Assembly (NCBI GenBank): GCA_050633305.1
Contig: JBOEGF010000049.1
Span: 1 to 46,727, forward strand
Reading direction: 5' to 3'
DNA: 46,727 nt
DNA from: Nannocystales bacterium
GTDB taxonomy: Bacteria; Myxococcota_A; Polyangia; Nannocystales; Nannocystaceae
The position numbers and the translations under genes are program-made. Below the pieces are notes generated by a model. It made no database searches and had not been told where the DNA came from. It saw only the letters and a program-made list of their open reading frames with translations. Positions 1 through 9,247 of the stretch are shown here, one piece after another; the stretch's first letter is position 1, and each line of letters opens with the position of its first letter.

Positions 1-4
1 GTCT

Positions 5-469
5 GTGGTGGCCCCCTTGTGTTACCCGCACCCGCCCAACCGCAAACTGCGGGCCCCACTGTGGCCGGTGGTGGGCAGCTCCATCTTCAAGCAGCTGTAT
101 GGCCGAACCATGTTCAGAAGCTACTTTAGGGATGAGGTGTTTTCTCGCCGAAATAACATACCTTTTCAGAGAATTGATGACCTCTACGAGCTGTTCAATG
201 TGCCTTCTGCACGGGAGAGCGCTTACGCCATCTTGCGGTCGATGTTGGACACCCGCCCCATCGTCGCACGGGTCACCCGCATCCGCCGCCCAGCTTTGGT
301 GCTGTGGGGCCGGGCCGACCGCATCTACCCAGCGTCGTTCGCGCTCAAACTGGCGCGCGAGTTACCTAATGCACGACTTGAACTGTTCGACTCGGGACAC
401 GCGCCACACGAGGAGAAACCGGATATGTTCGTCGGGGTGGTGGGGGAGTTCGTCGGGGGGCTGGGATGA
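5..469 (+). CDS. alpha/beta-fold hydrolase, C-terminal part (5' end outside window)
   Basis: Typical C-terminal motifs PALVLWGRADRI and SGHAPHEEKP (catalytic His); codon usage AT-richer than the rest of the window. Confidence 0.8.
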   Translation: MVAPLCYPHPPNRKLRAPLWPVVGSSIFKQLYGRTMFRSYFRDEVFSRRNNIPFQRIDDLYELFNVPSARESAYAILRSMLDTRPIVARVTRIRRPALVLWGRADRIYPASFALKLARELPNARLELFDSGHAPHEEKPDMFVGVVGEFVGGLG

Positions 470-989
470 TCCTCGGATCCCCGAACTGCCCCCTGGCCAG
501 GAATGCCTGGGCTTCGAGCTCCCCTGCATCGGCCCGTTCAGTATCTCGACGGACGAAGAGTTGGTGGCGATCAGCACGTGTAGCCACATCGAGGGCTACC
601 TTCAGATTCAAGAAGAGATCACCACGCTTCAAACTCTGAGCTGCTTGCGCAGGGTCGATGACTTCTTCGCCATCATCGCCACTTCGCTGACCGACCTATC
701 GGGGCTGGCCGGCCTTGAGAGCACGGGCGGGTTTGGGCTCGCGGAGAACCTGCAGCTTGTCACCGTCGATGTCCCAAGCCTGCAGAGCACCGAGGAGTTC
801 TACGTCTACGACAACCCGTCGCTGACGTCGCTGGTCGTGCCAAGCCTTGTGGAGGTCACGTACGTGGAGGTGTTCTACAATCCGTTGCTCCCCGAGTGCG
901 AGATCGAGGCCCTGCTGATGCAGGCGAATCCAGACCAACTCTTCTGCGACGGGAACCTGCCGGACATGTGTGCCGGCTTGTGTGGGTGA
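441..989 (+). pseudogene. receptor L-domain/LRR-like Cys-capped secreted protein, lacking a plausible N-terminus
   Basis: Frame of ORF 99..989 becomes protein-like only after ~440 (GSSSGGWDDPRIP...CSHIEGYLQI...LTDLSGLAGLES...DNPSLTSL...NPLLPECEI); no signal peptide or sensible start. Confidence 0.55.
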
Positions 990-1005
990 GCGGAGGCTCG
1001 GGGTC

Positions 1006-1212
1006 ATGTCCAAGCGCGTGCGACCGGCACGGTGGTCAACGAAGCCGCGCCCTGCACCGCGGTGGCGGATGGGGAGCTACCGCGCGCCCGCACCGGACCC
1101 CGACGATGCGCCGCCCGGAGAGCTCGACTTCGAACACGGCGGGGACTACGTCGCGCTGGGCCCGAGCGTCTTCGTCCGGCTTTGGCGAGCCCTGGTGGGG
1201 CGCCGAAGCTGA
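1006..1212 (+). CDS. small hypothetical protein (68 aa)
   Basis: ATG at 1006 with GGAGG at 992-996; fills the gap between genes. Confidence 0.45.
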   Translation: MSKRVRPARWSTKPRPAPRWRMGSYRAPAPDPDDAPPGELDFEHGGDYVALGPSVFVRLWRALVGRRS

Positions 1213-1261
1213 GGCGTCGCTTTCGAAGTGTGCCCCGGGAACCTTGGTTGTGTCAGCGGGT

Positions 1262-2004
1262 TCAGCGGCTACTTCCGAGCCGCCAGTTCCGTGTTGAGAA
1301 CCGCACCGCGATGCCAAGCTCGTACAAGTAGAAGCGGGCGTCGTCGTAGCGGTTGGCGTAGCCGCCGGCGGTTCCTTGCGCGTACAAGTCGACACTGTGC
1401 GCGATCCGAAACTGGACGCCTGCACCTCCGGAGCCCCCTAGGTGGCGGGCACGTTGGTGGCCGCGGTGAGCTGACTCAGGACTCTCCCGTACACGGAGAA
1501 GAAGCTGAAGTGGCCCGCGACCCCGAGTCCGAACGAGCCTCCCCCGGCAACGCGGTCGACGCTGCTCCGACCATCGACGGTTAGGCAGTCGGTCCTCGTG
1601 GGAACCGACGACGGTTGTGAGTCCGGGTTGCCGCATCGTTCCCCTCCCCACCCGCCGCCTCCGGCTACGTGGAGATCGGTGGCGAAGTAGTTCTTTGCGT
1701 ATCGTCGAGGGGCATACGTGAACCTTGGCCCCACCCAACCCATCCCCCACCCGCCTCGCGAGAGGTTGCCACCGGCCTCCATCGCGACCCAGTCCCGGAC
1801 TCCGTAGCTCAGCGATGGCCCGCCGACGGACGGGAGGGGCAAGCCAGTGCCCGCGGCCCCGACTGCGAGATCCCCTTCAGAAACCCTCGCTGGCGATCCG
1901 CCGTGTGGCCCTTGTAGTGGCGGTGCGTACGTCGAGTAGCAGCCCGAGGCCGTCCCACCCAGCGCGAGTGCGACCGCCATCCCTCGCCTGAGCGCCGATG
2001 CCAT
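1262..2004 (-). pseudogene. lipoprotein with beta-strand-rich (barrel-like) body, split by a 1-nt frameshift near 1441
   Basis: Signal/lipobox ...ALALGGTASGC; frame stops at TNVPAT* (1438) and the beta-strand pattern continues in the adjacent frame as LGGSGGAGVQFRIAHSVDLYAQG...YELGIAVRF. Confidence 0.65.
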
Positions 2005-2091
2005 TGTGACGGCAAGTGTACCGGACACCGATCTCTGTCGGTCGGTGGGCTGGACCTCGATGGTGCGGACTGGAGGTCACCACGCGTGGGG

Positions 2092-3189
2092 TCAAAACCA
2101 CAGCGTGAAGTCGAGGCCCAACGCCAGCTCGACTCCGCCGAGTCGGGCGAATGGGGTCGAGCCGCTTTCGGTTTGGGCGCTCAAAATGAGACTTCGTCCG
2201 CCGTCGTCGGGGATGACGCTGGCGTCGAGGTCGACGAGGGCGCCGAGCCGCCCACGGACGCGGGCGTCCCATCCCTGGTCCAGGAGAACTCCCGGTGAGA
2301 GCCGTACTCCGCCTCCGAGCAAGGGTTGACGCGACACCGGCTCATCCTCGTGCACGAGCGGTGCCGCGTCGCCGTCGCGCCGGAGCCACCAGGGTTCGAC
2401 GAACACGCGACCGAGGGTGACGAACTCGAGGGCGCCGCGTTGCCAACGATAGCCACCCGCAAACCCGAACCGCGCCCGGATGATGCGAAAGCCAGATGCG
2501 GCTCGGCCCAAGACCCGTGCCTGCGCGCCAAAGAGGGCGCCGGAGCCTGTGCCGAGCAGCACGCCCACCGACGACCCCGCGCCGAGAAACGCGGGGCCGT
2601 CAGCTGGGGCGAGACCGATGCCGACCACGGGCGAGAGCGAGAGCCCTATGGAGAGGCCAGGCTTCGTGTTGTCCGCGTCGGGTTCCGAGACAGGCTTGGG
2701 TTTGGGCTCTGGGCTGGGCTTCGTTTGTGGTTCGGGTTCGGGTTTGGGTTCGGGTCCCGTCTCAGGTTCCGGCTGCTCGACATCTTGGCGTGTTGGAGTG
2801 AGCGTGCCCTCGCCGACCGCGTCCACCAGCGTGGCCAACTCGACAGCTGCGCTGCGCAGCGGTTGCTCGTCGATGTTGTCGACGGTGCGGTCGTAGGCGT
2901 GGCCGTTGGGTTGAATGAGGGTGACCCGAAGCGTGGGCTCGGCGTAGTCGACGAGCGCGTACGCGAAGGGCTCCTGGGAAGCATGTCCCCAAAGCGCGAC
3001 GTCCCGGCCTCTCATACGCAGGGCGAGCGCTTGTCGGAGCTCGGCCTTGTCGAGTCCCCGCACCTCAACCACAAGCGGGAGCGGTGTCGAGGCGGGGGTC
3101 TGGGCACCGGTGGGCTTCCTTGCGATCGCCGTGGTCGCGACGCTCGCCAGCCACAGGCCCAGTGCGGCGGCGATCAAGCGTCCAGGCAC
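2092..3189 (-). CDS. putative outer-membrane beta-barrel protein with N-terminal periplasmic domain and Pro/Glu linker (ECF module 1)
   Basis: Signal-like N-terminus, PEPEP linker, Gly/hydrophobic alternating strands, ends ...LGLDFTLWF; start approximate (GTG 3189 or TTG 3177). Confidence 0.7.
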   Translation of the reverse strand: MPGRLIAAALGLWLASVATTAIARKPTGAQTPASTPLPLVVEVRGLDKAELRQALALRMRGRDVALWGHASQEPFAYALVDYAEPTLRVTLIQPNGHAYDRTVDNIDEQPLRSAAVELATLVDAVGEGTLTPTRQDVEQPEPETGPEPKPEPEPQTKPSPEPKPKPVSEPDADNTKPGLSIGLSLSPVVGIGLAPADGPAFLGAGSSVGVLLGTGSGALFGAQARVLGRAASGFRIIRARFGFAGGYRWQRGALEFVTLGRVFVEPWWLRRDGDAAPLVHEDEPVSRQPLLGGGVRLSPGVLLDQGWDARVRGRLGALVDLDASVIPDDGGRSLILSAQTESGSTPFARLGGVELALGLDFTLWF

Positions 3190-3815
3190 TCGCCTTCGAT
3201 ACACACTTGGTCTCCATCGCACGACCGGTTGCAGGCGTCGCAGTGCAGGGGATGTGACTCGAGGTCGACGCAGCTCTGTCCGCACTCGGTCAGCCCTCGC
3301 GCGCAGGTGACGTCTTCGTCGTGGCAGTCTCCGGCCTCACACAAGTAGAGTTCGATCTCGCCTTTCTCGTCTTCGGCGCAGACCTCCCCGCACTCGCCAC
3401 AGTGGGCAGCGTTGGTGTCGAGGTCGACGCAGGCTCCGTCGCAACGGTCGAACCCCGGCCTGCACTCGCATGAGCCCGACGAGCAGACCTCGGTGACCAG
3501 GTCGCAAGCGTTCCCGCAGGAGTCGACGCACTGAGCTTCGATGCAGGTCCCTCCGGCACCACACCCGCGGTCGCAGTCTCCGCAGTGGTTGGAATCCGAC
3601 TCGGGGTCGATGCAGCCGTCCTCACAGGCGAGGTTGGGAGCGAGGCAGTCTCCGGTGTCGTTGTCCTCGGTGGGCTGTGATGTCTCGCCCTGATCCGCTT
3701 CCTGGCCCTGGGAGGTCCCGCCTTCGGTCTCCAGCGGGACGGTGTACTCGACTGGGCACCCGAGCATGAGCACGGCGGCGAGCCAGCAGGGCAGGGTGGC
3801 GAGTGGACGGGGCAT
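3174..3815 (-). CDS. Cys-rich lipoprotein with STIG1-like CxDxxxxxxHCxxC repeats (ECF module 1)
   Basis: Lipobox LMLGC; three C(I/V)D....HC(G/D)xC repeats; start overlaps the upstream stop (TGATG). Confidence 0.8.
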   Translation of the reverse strand: MPRPLATLPCWLAAVLMLGCPVEYTVPLETEGGTSQGQEADQGETSQPTEDNDTGDCLAPNLACEDGCIDPESDSNHCGDCDRGCGAGGTCIEAQCVDSCGNACDLVTEVCSSGSCECRPGFDRCDGACVDLDTNAAHCGECGEVCAEDEKGEIELYLCEAGDCHDEDVTCARGLTECGQSCVDLESHPLHCDACNRSCDGDQVCIEGECLDA

Positions 3816-4774
3816 CAGGGTGCGAAGCGTTGGGCCCGCTTCGCGTGAGCGCCTCGGGGGTGCTTGGCCAGGTACTTCGACCAGCATGTCGAGGCGGCCT
3901 CACCAGAGGTTCGCATGCAAAGCCCTGCGCGTGCATCGTCTGCGTAGCGACCTTGTGGAAACCGGCGCAGGTACTGGCGCCAGATCTGGGCCTGCTTGGC
4001 CGCGCCCCCACGCTGCTTCTCGAGCGCGAAGAGGTCGCCGTACGCGAGTTCGGCCTTGGTCCCGCGTCCGGCCCGTCGAATGATGGTTCGGAACAAGGAC
4101 TCCGCGCGCGACAAGTTCCCGGCCTTCCACGCGGCCATGGCTTCGGTTTCGAGCGCATCCAAGCTGGGTCGCTTGGGTCGAGCGATTCGCTTCCAGGTCT
4201 GGGTGGACTCCGCCGGCTGCGGCTCGGGTTCGGGTTCAGCCTCTTCGAGCAGGGCCGGCGGCGCCGCGTCGGGTGGATTCCCTGGCTTCCGTACGACGGG
4301 CTTGTGGGCTTGCGTCCAGGCACCCTCTGCGGCGAGGTTGTCCAGGCTCTTGGAGGCCATGCTCGCCGGGCTGTCTTCCACCTGTCGATGTTCGTCTCCG
4401 GAGCCGATGGCAAGACCCACGGTCGCGATTACAGCAGCGGCGACGGCGAGCCAGATGCCTCGCGCTCGACGTGCCGGAGCTCGGGCCGGGATGACGGTGG
4501 GCTGCATCGCCCGGTCTTCCACGTCATCCTCGATGTCGTCTCGAAGCGCAGCCGCAAACATCGCGAGCTCCGCATCGAGTGGCTGGTCGTCGCAGTGTTC
4601 CCCGGAGTTGTCCGCGGGCACGCCGAGTCCCGAGGGGACGGCGTCGGCATCGATCGCACGTGCACGCGCCAAGACATCCGCCAGGTCGGGCTGGCCTGGG
4701 AGAAGGTCGAGCTCCACCTCGATCCCCGAGCGCAGGCCCGAGGCCGCGTCCTGAATCCAATCGAGCTCGTTCAT
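3815..4774 (-). CDS. membrane-anchored putative anti-sigma factor with C-terminal TPR-like domain (ECF module 1)
   Basis: Acidic N-terminus, one TM helix (GIWLAVAAAVIATVGLAIG), Pro linker, TPR-like helices with YLRRFPQGRYA and YLAKHPRGAHA; ATGA-coupled to the sigma. Confidence 0.75.
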   Translation of the reverse strand: MNELDWIQDAASGLRSGIEVELDLLPGQPDLADVLARARAIDADAVPSGLGVPADNSGEHCDDQPLDAELAMFAAALRDDIEDDVEDRAMQPTVIPARAPARRARGIWLAVAAAVIATVGLAIGSGDEHRQVEDSPASMASKSLDNLAAEGAWTQAHKPVVRKPGNPPDAAPPALLEEAEPEPEPQPAESTQTWKRIARPKRPSLDALETEAMAAWKAGNLSRAESLFRTIIRRAGRGTKAELAYGDLFALEKQRGGAAKQAQIWRQYLRRFPQGRYADDARAGLCMRTSGEAASTCWSKYLAKHPRGAHAKRAQRFAP

Positions 4775-5397
4775 GCTCCTGCCTCCAACGCGCCCATCGC
4801 TCGCAGGATGTCCCGGATCTTGCCACGGGCTCGGTTGGCGCGGACTCGTACGTTCCCCGAGGTTGTCTCGAGCCGGGCCGCCACTTCGTCGACGGAAAGC
4901 CCCTGAACGTCGCGGAGCACAAAGGTCTCACGCAAGGCGGGGGCGAGTTGTTCGAGTGCAGCCGTGAGCGCCTCGGCGCGGTTACGGCGTTCCAGATCGT
5001 GTTCTGGCCCGTCGTTCCGTGGGGCGGAGGTCTCTAGGGTCTGCTCTAGACCACCGTAGGCTCGTCCACGCCGCTCCTCCGTTCGCCAGGCCCGCCGCGC
5101 CAGGTTCAGGATGATCCCCCGGATCCAGCCACCGAACGAGCTGCGACCGTCGTAGGCGGAAAGCCTCGTCAGGCCCAAGGCGAACGCCTCCTGGACCAAC
5201 TCCTCCGCGGTCGCTGCGTCCCGGCTGAGGTAGCGGGCGTCCCGGTACAACGTGTCGAAGTTGTCTTGGTAAAGGCGGGCCCAGGCCGCCGAATTCCCCT
5301 CCGCAGCGGATTCGACCAGCGTTTGCTCGCGCAGCCGAGGCGCCGAACCGGCATCGGGTGCAGGTTCGACGGGTCGAAGATGAGGGACGGTGGGCAT
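4771..5397 (-). CDS. ECF-type sigma-70 factor (module 1)
   Basis: Region 2 AEELVQEAF...YDGRSSFGGWIRGIILN; region 4 LRETFVLRDVQGLSVDEVA...NVRVRANRAR. Confidence 0.92.
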   Translation of the reverse strand: MPTVPHLRPVEPAPDAGSAPRLREQTLVESAAEGNSAAWARLYQDNFDTLYRDARYLSRDAATAEELVQEAFALGLTRLSAYDGRSSFGGWIRGIILNLARRAWRTEERRGRAYGGLEQTLETSAPRNDGPEHDLERRNRAEALTAALEQLAPALRETFVLRDVQGLSVDEVAARLETTSGNVRVRANRARGKIRDILRAMGALEAGA

Positions 5398-5513
5398 GAC
5401 CGGTCGGTCAATCGTGCCCGCAACCGGCCGCTCGTTACAATGCTGTCGCCTGTAGCGCGATCCATGGCGCAATTGCGCTCGACGTCGCCTGTCGGCTTGG
5501 CTATGCATCTAAA

Positions 5514-6113
5514 GTGGGGAGGATTCGTGCCGCGATGCCGCAGTTTCTTCTCCAGCAGGTGGAGAGATTCGAGCCCGAGCGCAAAACCGCCATCCTGGAC
5601 GCCGTTTCGACCGAGGCTCTCGATGCGATCCGCGCCAAACTCGCCATCGGGTGGCTCGACATGACCCCCCACATGGAGTTCATGGGCCAGCTGGAGGGCA
5701 CGGTGGGTCCTGACGCATACGAGGACCTGTGGACCGAGGCGGGCCGAAACTTCATGGAGCGTCCCATCGCCGGAGGGTTGCTCGGGATGGCGAAGCGGCT
5801 CTTTTGCAAGAAGCCGCGCGAAGCCGTCCGTTTCCTCCCGCGAATGTACGCCCTAGGGGTTGAGGGGCTTGGCGAGGTTTCGGTGGAGGACCTCAGCGAG
5901 AACGTGTTCTCGGTCACCCTGCATCACTTCCCCGCCGACCGCTGGGACTTCGACAACTTCGTGATCGGTCTGGCGGGCGCGACCCGGGGAGCGTGCGCGG
6001 TGATGTTTCCGGACTGGCCGATGGAGATCGGCTTCGAGACGCCCAACCACGAGACCGGTGCCGCGGACTACCGGCTCGTACTCGGCCCCGACTCCGGCGA
6101 CGTCTCCGCCTGA
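5514..6113 (+). CDS. hypothetical myxobacterial protein, DUF2378/HNOB-V4R-like small domain
   Basis: 199 aa ORF with good codon bias; GWLDM, helical N-half and beta C-half resemble this family; family call tentative. Confidence 0.55.
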   Translation: MGRIRAAMPQFLLQQVERFEPERKTAILDAVSTEALDAIRAKLAIGWLDMTPHMEFMGQLEGTVGPDAYEDLWTEAGRNFMERPIAGGLLGMAKRLFCKKPREAVRFLPRMYALGVEGLGEVSVEDLSENVFSVTLHHFPADRWDFDNFVIGLAGATRGACAVMFPDWPMEIGFETPNHETGAADYRLVLGPDSGDVSA

Positions 6114-6131
6114 CGAACACGCGAGAGCGGC

Positions 6132-6869
6132 TCAGCTGCAGATGCCGAGCAGCCCCAGCGGATTGTTGCAGACGCCGCTGTTGCACTCGCTCGCGTTTGT
6201 GCACGGCGAGCCGAGACCGCCGTCTCCGCAGACGCCCAGGACACTTCCGCCTGGCTTCGTGCAGACCCAGTCTTCGGGGCAATGCGCAGCCGTCTCGCAC
6301 CCGCCCAACAGACAGATCCTGTCCTTTTCGGGCAGGTAGCCATCGTTGCAGATCGCACCGCCGAGGCCGACGGGGCAGCGACCATCCTCGCCGCACGCGG
6401 GCATCGTGTAGCAGGCCGCGACGTCGTCCTCGAAGCAGATCGCGTTGGAGTCGCAACCGTCCGGAGAGCCATTGGGGGTGCACGTGGTCGAGGTTGGCGG
6501 TGTCGAGCAGAGCCCCTCGAGGCAGAGCTGTTCGCCGAAGCAATCGCCGTTGCCCTCGCATGAGGGGACCTCGCTGTTCTGGCACAGCAACGAGGACGTG
6601 TCGCAGTATTGGTCGTCGGCGCAGTTGTCGTTGTTGGTGCAGCCGAGTGCGCACAGGCCATTGAAACAGAACAGCCCATCCCCGCACGGGTTGCTGCTGC
6701 TGCACGGCTCGAACCCTCCGCCCTCCGCTCCGTTGCTCTCGCCGTCGTTCGTTTCGGAGCCGCCGTCGGTGTCGTCACCGAGTTCGCCAAGGTCGGCGTC
6801 GCACCCTGGTGCAAGGCTGAGCGCGAGGAAGAGGAAACATCGAGACAACGTGGACGCAGGTGTGGTCAT
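6132..6869 (-). CDS. Cys-rich lipoprotein (ECF module 2)
   Basis: Lipobox LAPGC, acidic linker, repeated CxxxxxCxxxxxCxxGxC disulfide modules. Confidence 0.85.
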   Translation of the reverse strand: MTTPASTLSRCFLFLALSLAPGCDADLGELGDDTDGGSETNDGESNGAEGGGFEPCSSSNPCGDGLFCFNGLCALGCTNNDNCADDQYCDTSSLLCQNSEVPSCEGNGDCFGEQLCLEGLCSTPPTSTTCTPNGSPDGCDSNAICFEDDVAACYTMPACGEDGRCPVGLGGAICNDGYLPEKDRICLLGGCETAAHCPEDWVCTKPGGSVLGVCGDGGLGSPCTNASECNSGVCNNPLGLLGICS

Positions 6870-6884
6870 GAGAAGTACAGGTGA

Positions 6885-6909
6885 GTGGCCCGCCACCGGG
6901 CAATCCGTT
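6885..6909 (-). promoter_or_regulatory. putative ECF promoter AACGGAT-N14-CCAC
   Basis: Same bipartite motif and spacing at 8192-8216 and 22582-22606. Confidence 0.65.
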
Positions 6910-6928
6910 GTCGGCTGAAAGAAAAAGA

Positions 6929-7639
6929 TCAGCCTTCGCACGCGTTGCGGATCGCGGCGGTGTGCATGGACTTGGGCCAACGGGCTTCGAAGGCGGCGCG
7001 TTTGGCCCCTGCGCCTTCTTCGTTGCGTCCGCACGCGATACGGACAGCTGCGGCTTGGCGCTCTTCGAGCAGGGCCCCCTTGGGAAACTCTCGCTGGTGT
7101 TGTCGCAGCAGCTTCGATGCCCGCGCATTGTCGCCACGGCTCAGCGCTTGACTCAGGCGTCGCATGAGCGCGAGTTCGTCGGCGAGACTCGGCTTTGGTT
7201 GAGGCTCGGGCTTGGGCTTGGTTTTGGCGGGTCGGGTTCGTGGGGCAGCGCGTGGAGTCGTTAGGGGGTCGGTGGGGCTCGCCGCTGGTTCGTCCGGGGC
7301 GATGACCGGGTCCGGTGCTGGCTCGGGAGGCGCCGGGGCACGTGGAGGACGCTCCAGCTGGGGAACCAGGCCTGGGCTGGCGACCACCGGGTCCGGTCCA
7401 ACCCCGGCGACTGCGACCACGGCCGCAGCGACTGCGAGGGCGACGATGGTGAGTCCTGCCCATCCCAGTCCCGTGGGCGACGCGAGGAGCGGTTGGGTGT
7501 CCAAGACCGGAGCGGGACCTCCGGATGCGAGCCCCTGCTCGATTCCGGACCACGCTCGGTCCAGCGCGGGCGCGTCGGGCCCCGGGAGGGCGGCGTCCGC
7601 ATCGATCAGTTGCGCGAGGGGGTCTCGAGAGTCGTTCAT
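6929..7639 (-). CDS. membrane-anchored putative anti-sigma factor with C-terminal TPR-like domain (ECF module 2)
   Basis: TM helix, Pro-rich linker, LADELALMRR...HQREFPKGALLEER...ARWPKS; ATGA-coupled to the sigma. Confidence 0.8.
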   Translation of the reverse strand: MNDSRDPLAQLIDADAALPGPDAPALDRAWSGIEQGLASGGPAPVLDTQPLLASPTGLGWAGLTIVALAVAAAVVAVAGVGPDPVVASPGLVPQLERPPRAPAPPEPAPDPVIAPDEPAASPTDPLTTPRAAPRTRPAKTKPKPEPQPKPSLADELALMRRLSQALSRGDNARASKLLRQHQREFPKGALLEERQAAAVRIACGRNEEGAGAKRAAFEARWPKSMHTAAIRNACEG

Positions 7640-8175
7640 GCGCGCTCCGTCTCCGCCCACTGGCGGGCCATGGTCTGCAACGCTTTCCGGGCGGCCCGCA
7701 GACGGGTGTAGATGGTGTTGGAATTGGCGCCCAGTGCCCGTGCGACGTCGACGACGGCCTCTCCTTCCAGCTCGACCAGCACGAACACGGCGCGTTTGTC
7801 CTCGGAGAGGTGCTGGAGCATCTGGGTGAGCACGCGTTGGGCGTCTTGGCGTGCGTAGGCGTCGGTCGGCGGAGCGCCGGTTTCATGGGTGAGTGCGCCC
7901 AGCTTTCGATCGTGTCGGGCTTGTGAGCGGCGGCGGCTTCTCTGCACTCGCATCGCGATGCCGAACAGCCAGGTCTTCATCGAGGAGCGGCCCTCGAAGG
8001 CTTCGAGGCGTCGCGCTGCCACCACGAAGACGTCCTGAAGTGCATCTTCGAGTGCGTCGGGGGGAACGCCGAGGCGGCGCAGGCTCCTCCACACGAACGG
8101 TGCATGCTCGCGGTAGATCTGCGAGAGTGCATCGGAGGGAGCCGTGTGCAGCTCCTGAGCCTCGGTTCGATCCAT
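7636..8175 (-). CDS. ECF-type sigma-70 factor (module 2)
   Basis: FVWRSLRRLGV...EDALQDVF...FEGRSSMKTWLFGIA; region 4 KRAVFVLVELEG...NTIYTRLRAAR. Confidence 0.93.
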   Translation of the reverse strand: MDRTEAQELHTAPSDALSQIYREHAPFVWRSLRRLGVPPDALEDALQDVFVVAARRLEAFEGRSSMKTWLFGIAMRVQRSRRRSQARHDRKLGALTHETGAPPTDAYARQDAQRVLTQMLQHLSEDKRAVFVLVELEGEAVVDVARALGANSNTIYTRLRAARKALQTMARQWAETERA

Positions 8176-8191
8176 GGTCGTCGAGGGGTGA

Positions 8192-8216
8192 GTGACCGGG
8201 TCTGTACGGATCCGTT
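8192..8216 (-). promoter_or_regulatory. putative ECF (autoregulatory) promoter AACGGAT-N14-TCAC
   Basis: Directly upstream of the module-2 sigma; shares GGYCACTCACC with the copy at 6885. Confidence 0.65.
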
Positions 8217-8221
8217 TCGAC

Positions 8222-9187
8222 CTAGAGCCGAATTTCGAGGCCCGCGATTCCCCGGATGCCGCCGGCGTTGGGGCGCCATAAAACACCCACCGGCTGAATT
8301 CGGAACGCAGGTCGGATCAGGGGCACGTAGGGCTCTACGGACAGGCTCAGACCGACCCGTGGGTGCACCATGCCGACCAACCCCGCGCGAACCTGAGCGG
8401 CCAGCCACGGGATCGAGTCCGACTTGGACAGGGTGAGTCCAACCCCCTGCCCGAGGATTGCGCCCGCTTCGATGCCACCGCATAGCGGGATTTGAAGCCG
8501 AGTGTTGGGGCGGAGAACCCCGCAACCTCGGCCGACGACGAAGGCATGCCGGAGGTCTGCGCCCACGTCCGAGTTGTCAGCATAGCGGGCGTCCCGGACG
8601 AATGCGTAGCGGGCATCGACCTCGACCCGCAGCCGGCTCCACTGCATCCCAACGCGGAGCCCCGCCGTTGCGCCGACCCCGGGCATTGCACCCCAACTCA
8701 GACCGCCGTGGCCACCCACGAGCACCTGCGGCCGTGCACGCGGTTGAGGTGCTGGTGGTGGTGTGGAGTCGGGGGGCGAGGTCGGGGCCGGGTCGGGCGT
8801 CGGGTCTGGGTCCGACGCGGGGGCAGGCTCGGGTTCGGGTTCGAGGTCGGGTTCGGGGGGCGGGTCGATGGCCATCGCCGCGACCACGACAGCCGCCTCG
8901 GCCGCGGTCGCACAGGTCTCTGAGTCCAGCGAGCGCTCGTGCGTCGTGTCGAGGGACACGGTCCACAGCTTGAGGTCCCACCCCGCTGCCCCAGGGCGCG
9001 CGCGAGCGATCACGGAGATGTGTCTGCCCGTGAACGACGAGAGTGGTCGACCCAGAACCGCTTCGAGGTCGGCGGTGACGGCTGCCTCGGTCGGGCAGCC
9101 CGCAGGTGCGTCCCACCGGAACTCCGCCGACGTCGCCTCGGGGGCCATCATCGCCCACAGGGCGAGCGTCGCAGTCGCCCAACTCAT
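8222..9187 (-). CDS. putative outer-membrane beta-barrel with N-terminal WxAPxxC domain (ECF module 2)
   Basis: Signal-like N-terminus, FRWDAPAGCP...TCATAAEAAVVV, Pro linker, amphipathic strands, ends AGLEIRL. Confidence 0.75.
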   Translation of the reverse strand: MSWATATLALWAMMAPEATSAEFRWDAPAGCPTEAAVTADLEAVLGRPLSSFTGRHISVIARARPGAAGWDLKLWTVSLDTTHERSLDSETCATAAEAAVVVAAMAIDPPPEPDLEPEPEPAPASDPDPTPDPAPTSPPDSTPPPAPQPRARPQVLVGGHGGLSWGAMPGVGATAGLRVGMQWSRLRVEVDARYAFVRDARYADNSDVGADLRHAFVVGRGCGVLRPNTRLQIPLCGGIEAGAILGQGVGLTLSKSDSIPWLAAQVRAGLVGMVHPRVGLSLSVEPYVPLIRPAFRIQPVGVLWRPNAGGIRGIAGLEIRL

Positions 9188-9247
9188 CGGCGCGTAGCAT
9201 CGTTGCCCGCACGACCGCGCGCAAGGTCGGTCCCCAACCCCGCCGGT

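Noticed and set aside
879..885. Extra AACGGAT hits (879-885 and ~32434-32440)
   Set aside because: Inside coding regions and lacking YCAY 14 nt downstream
5410..5440. TGTAAC...CGAT ECF-like promoter upstream of the module-1 sigma
   Set aside because: Only one copy found, so it cannot be validated by repetition
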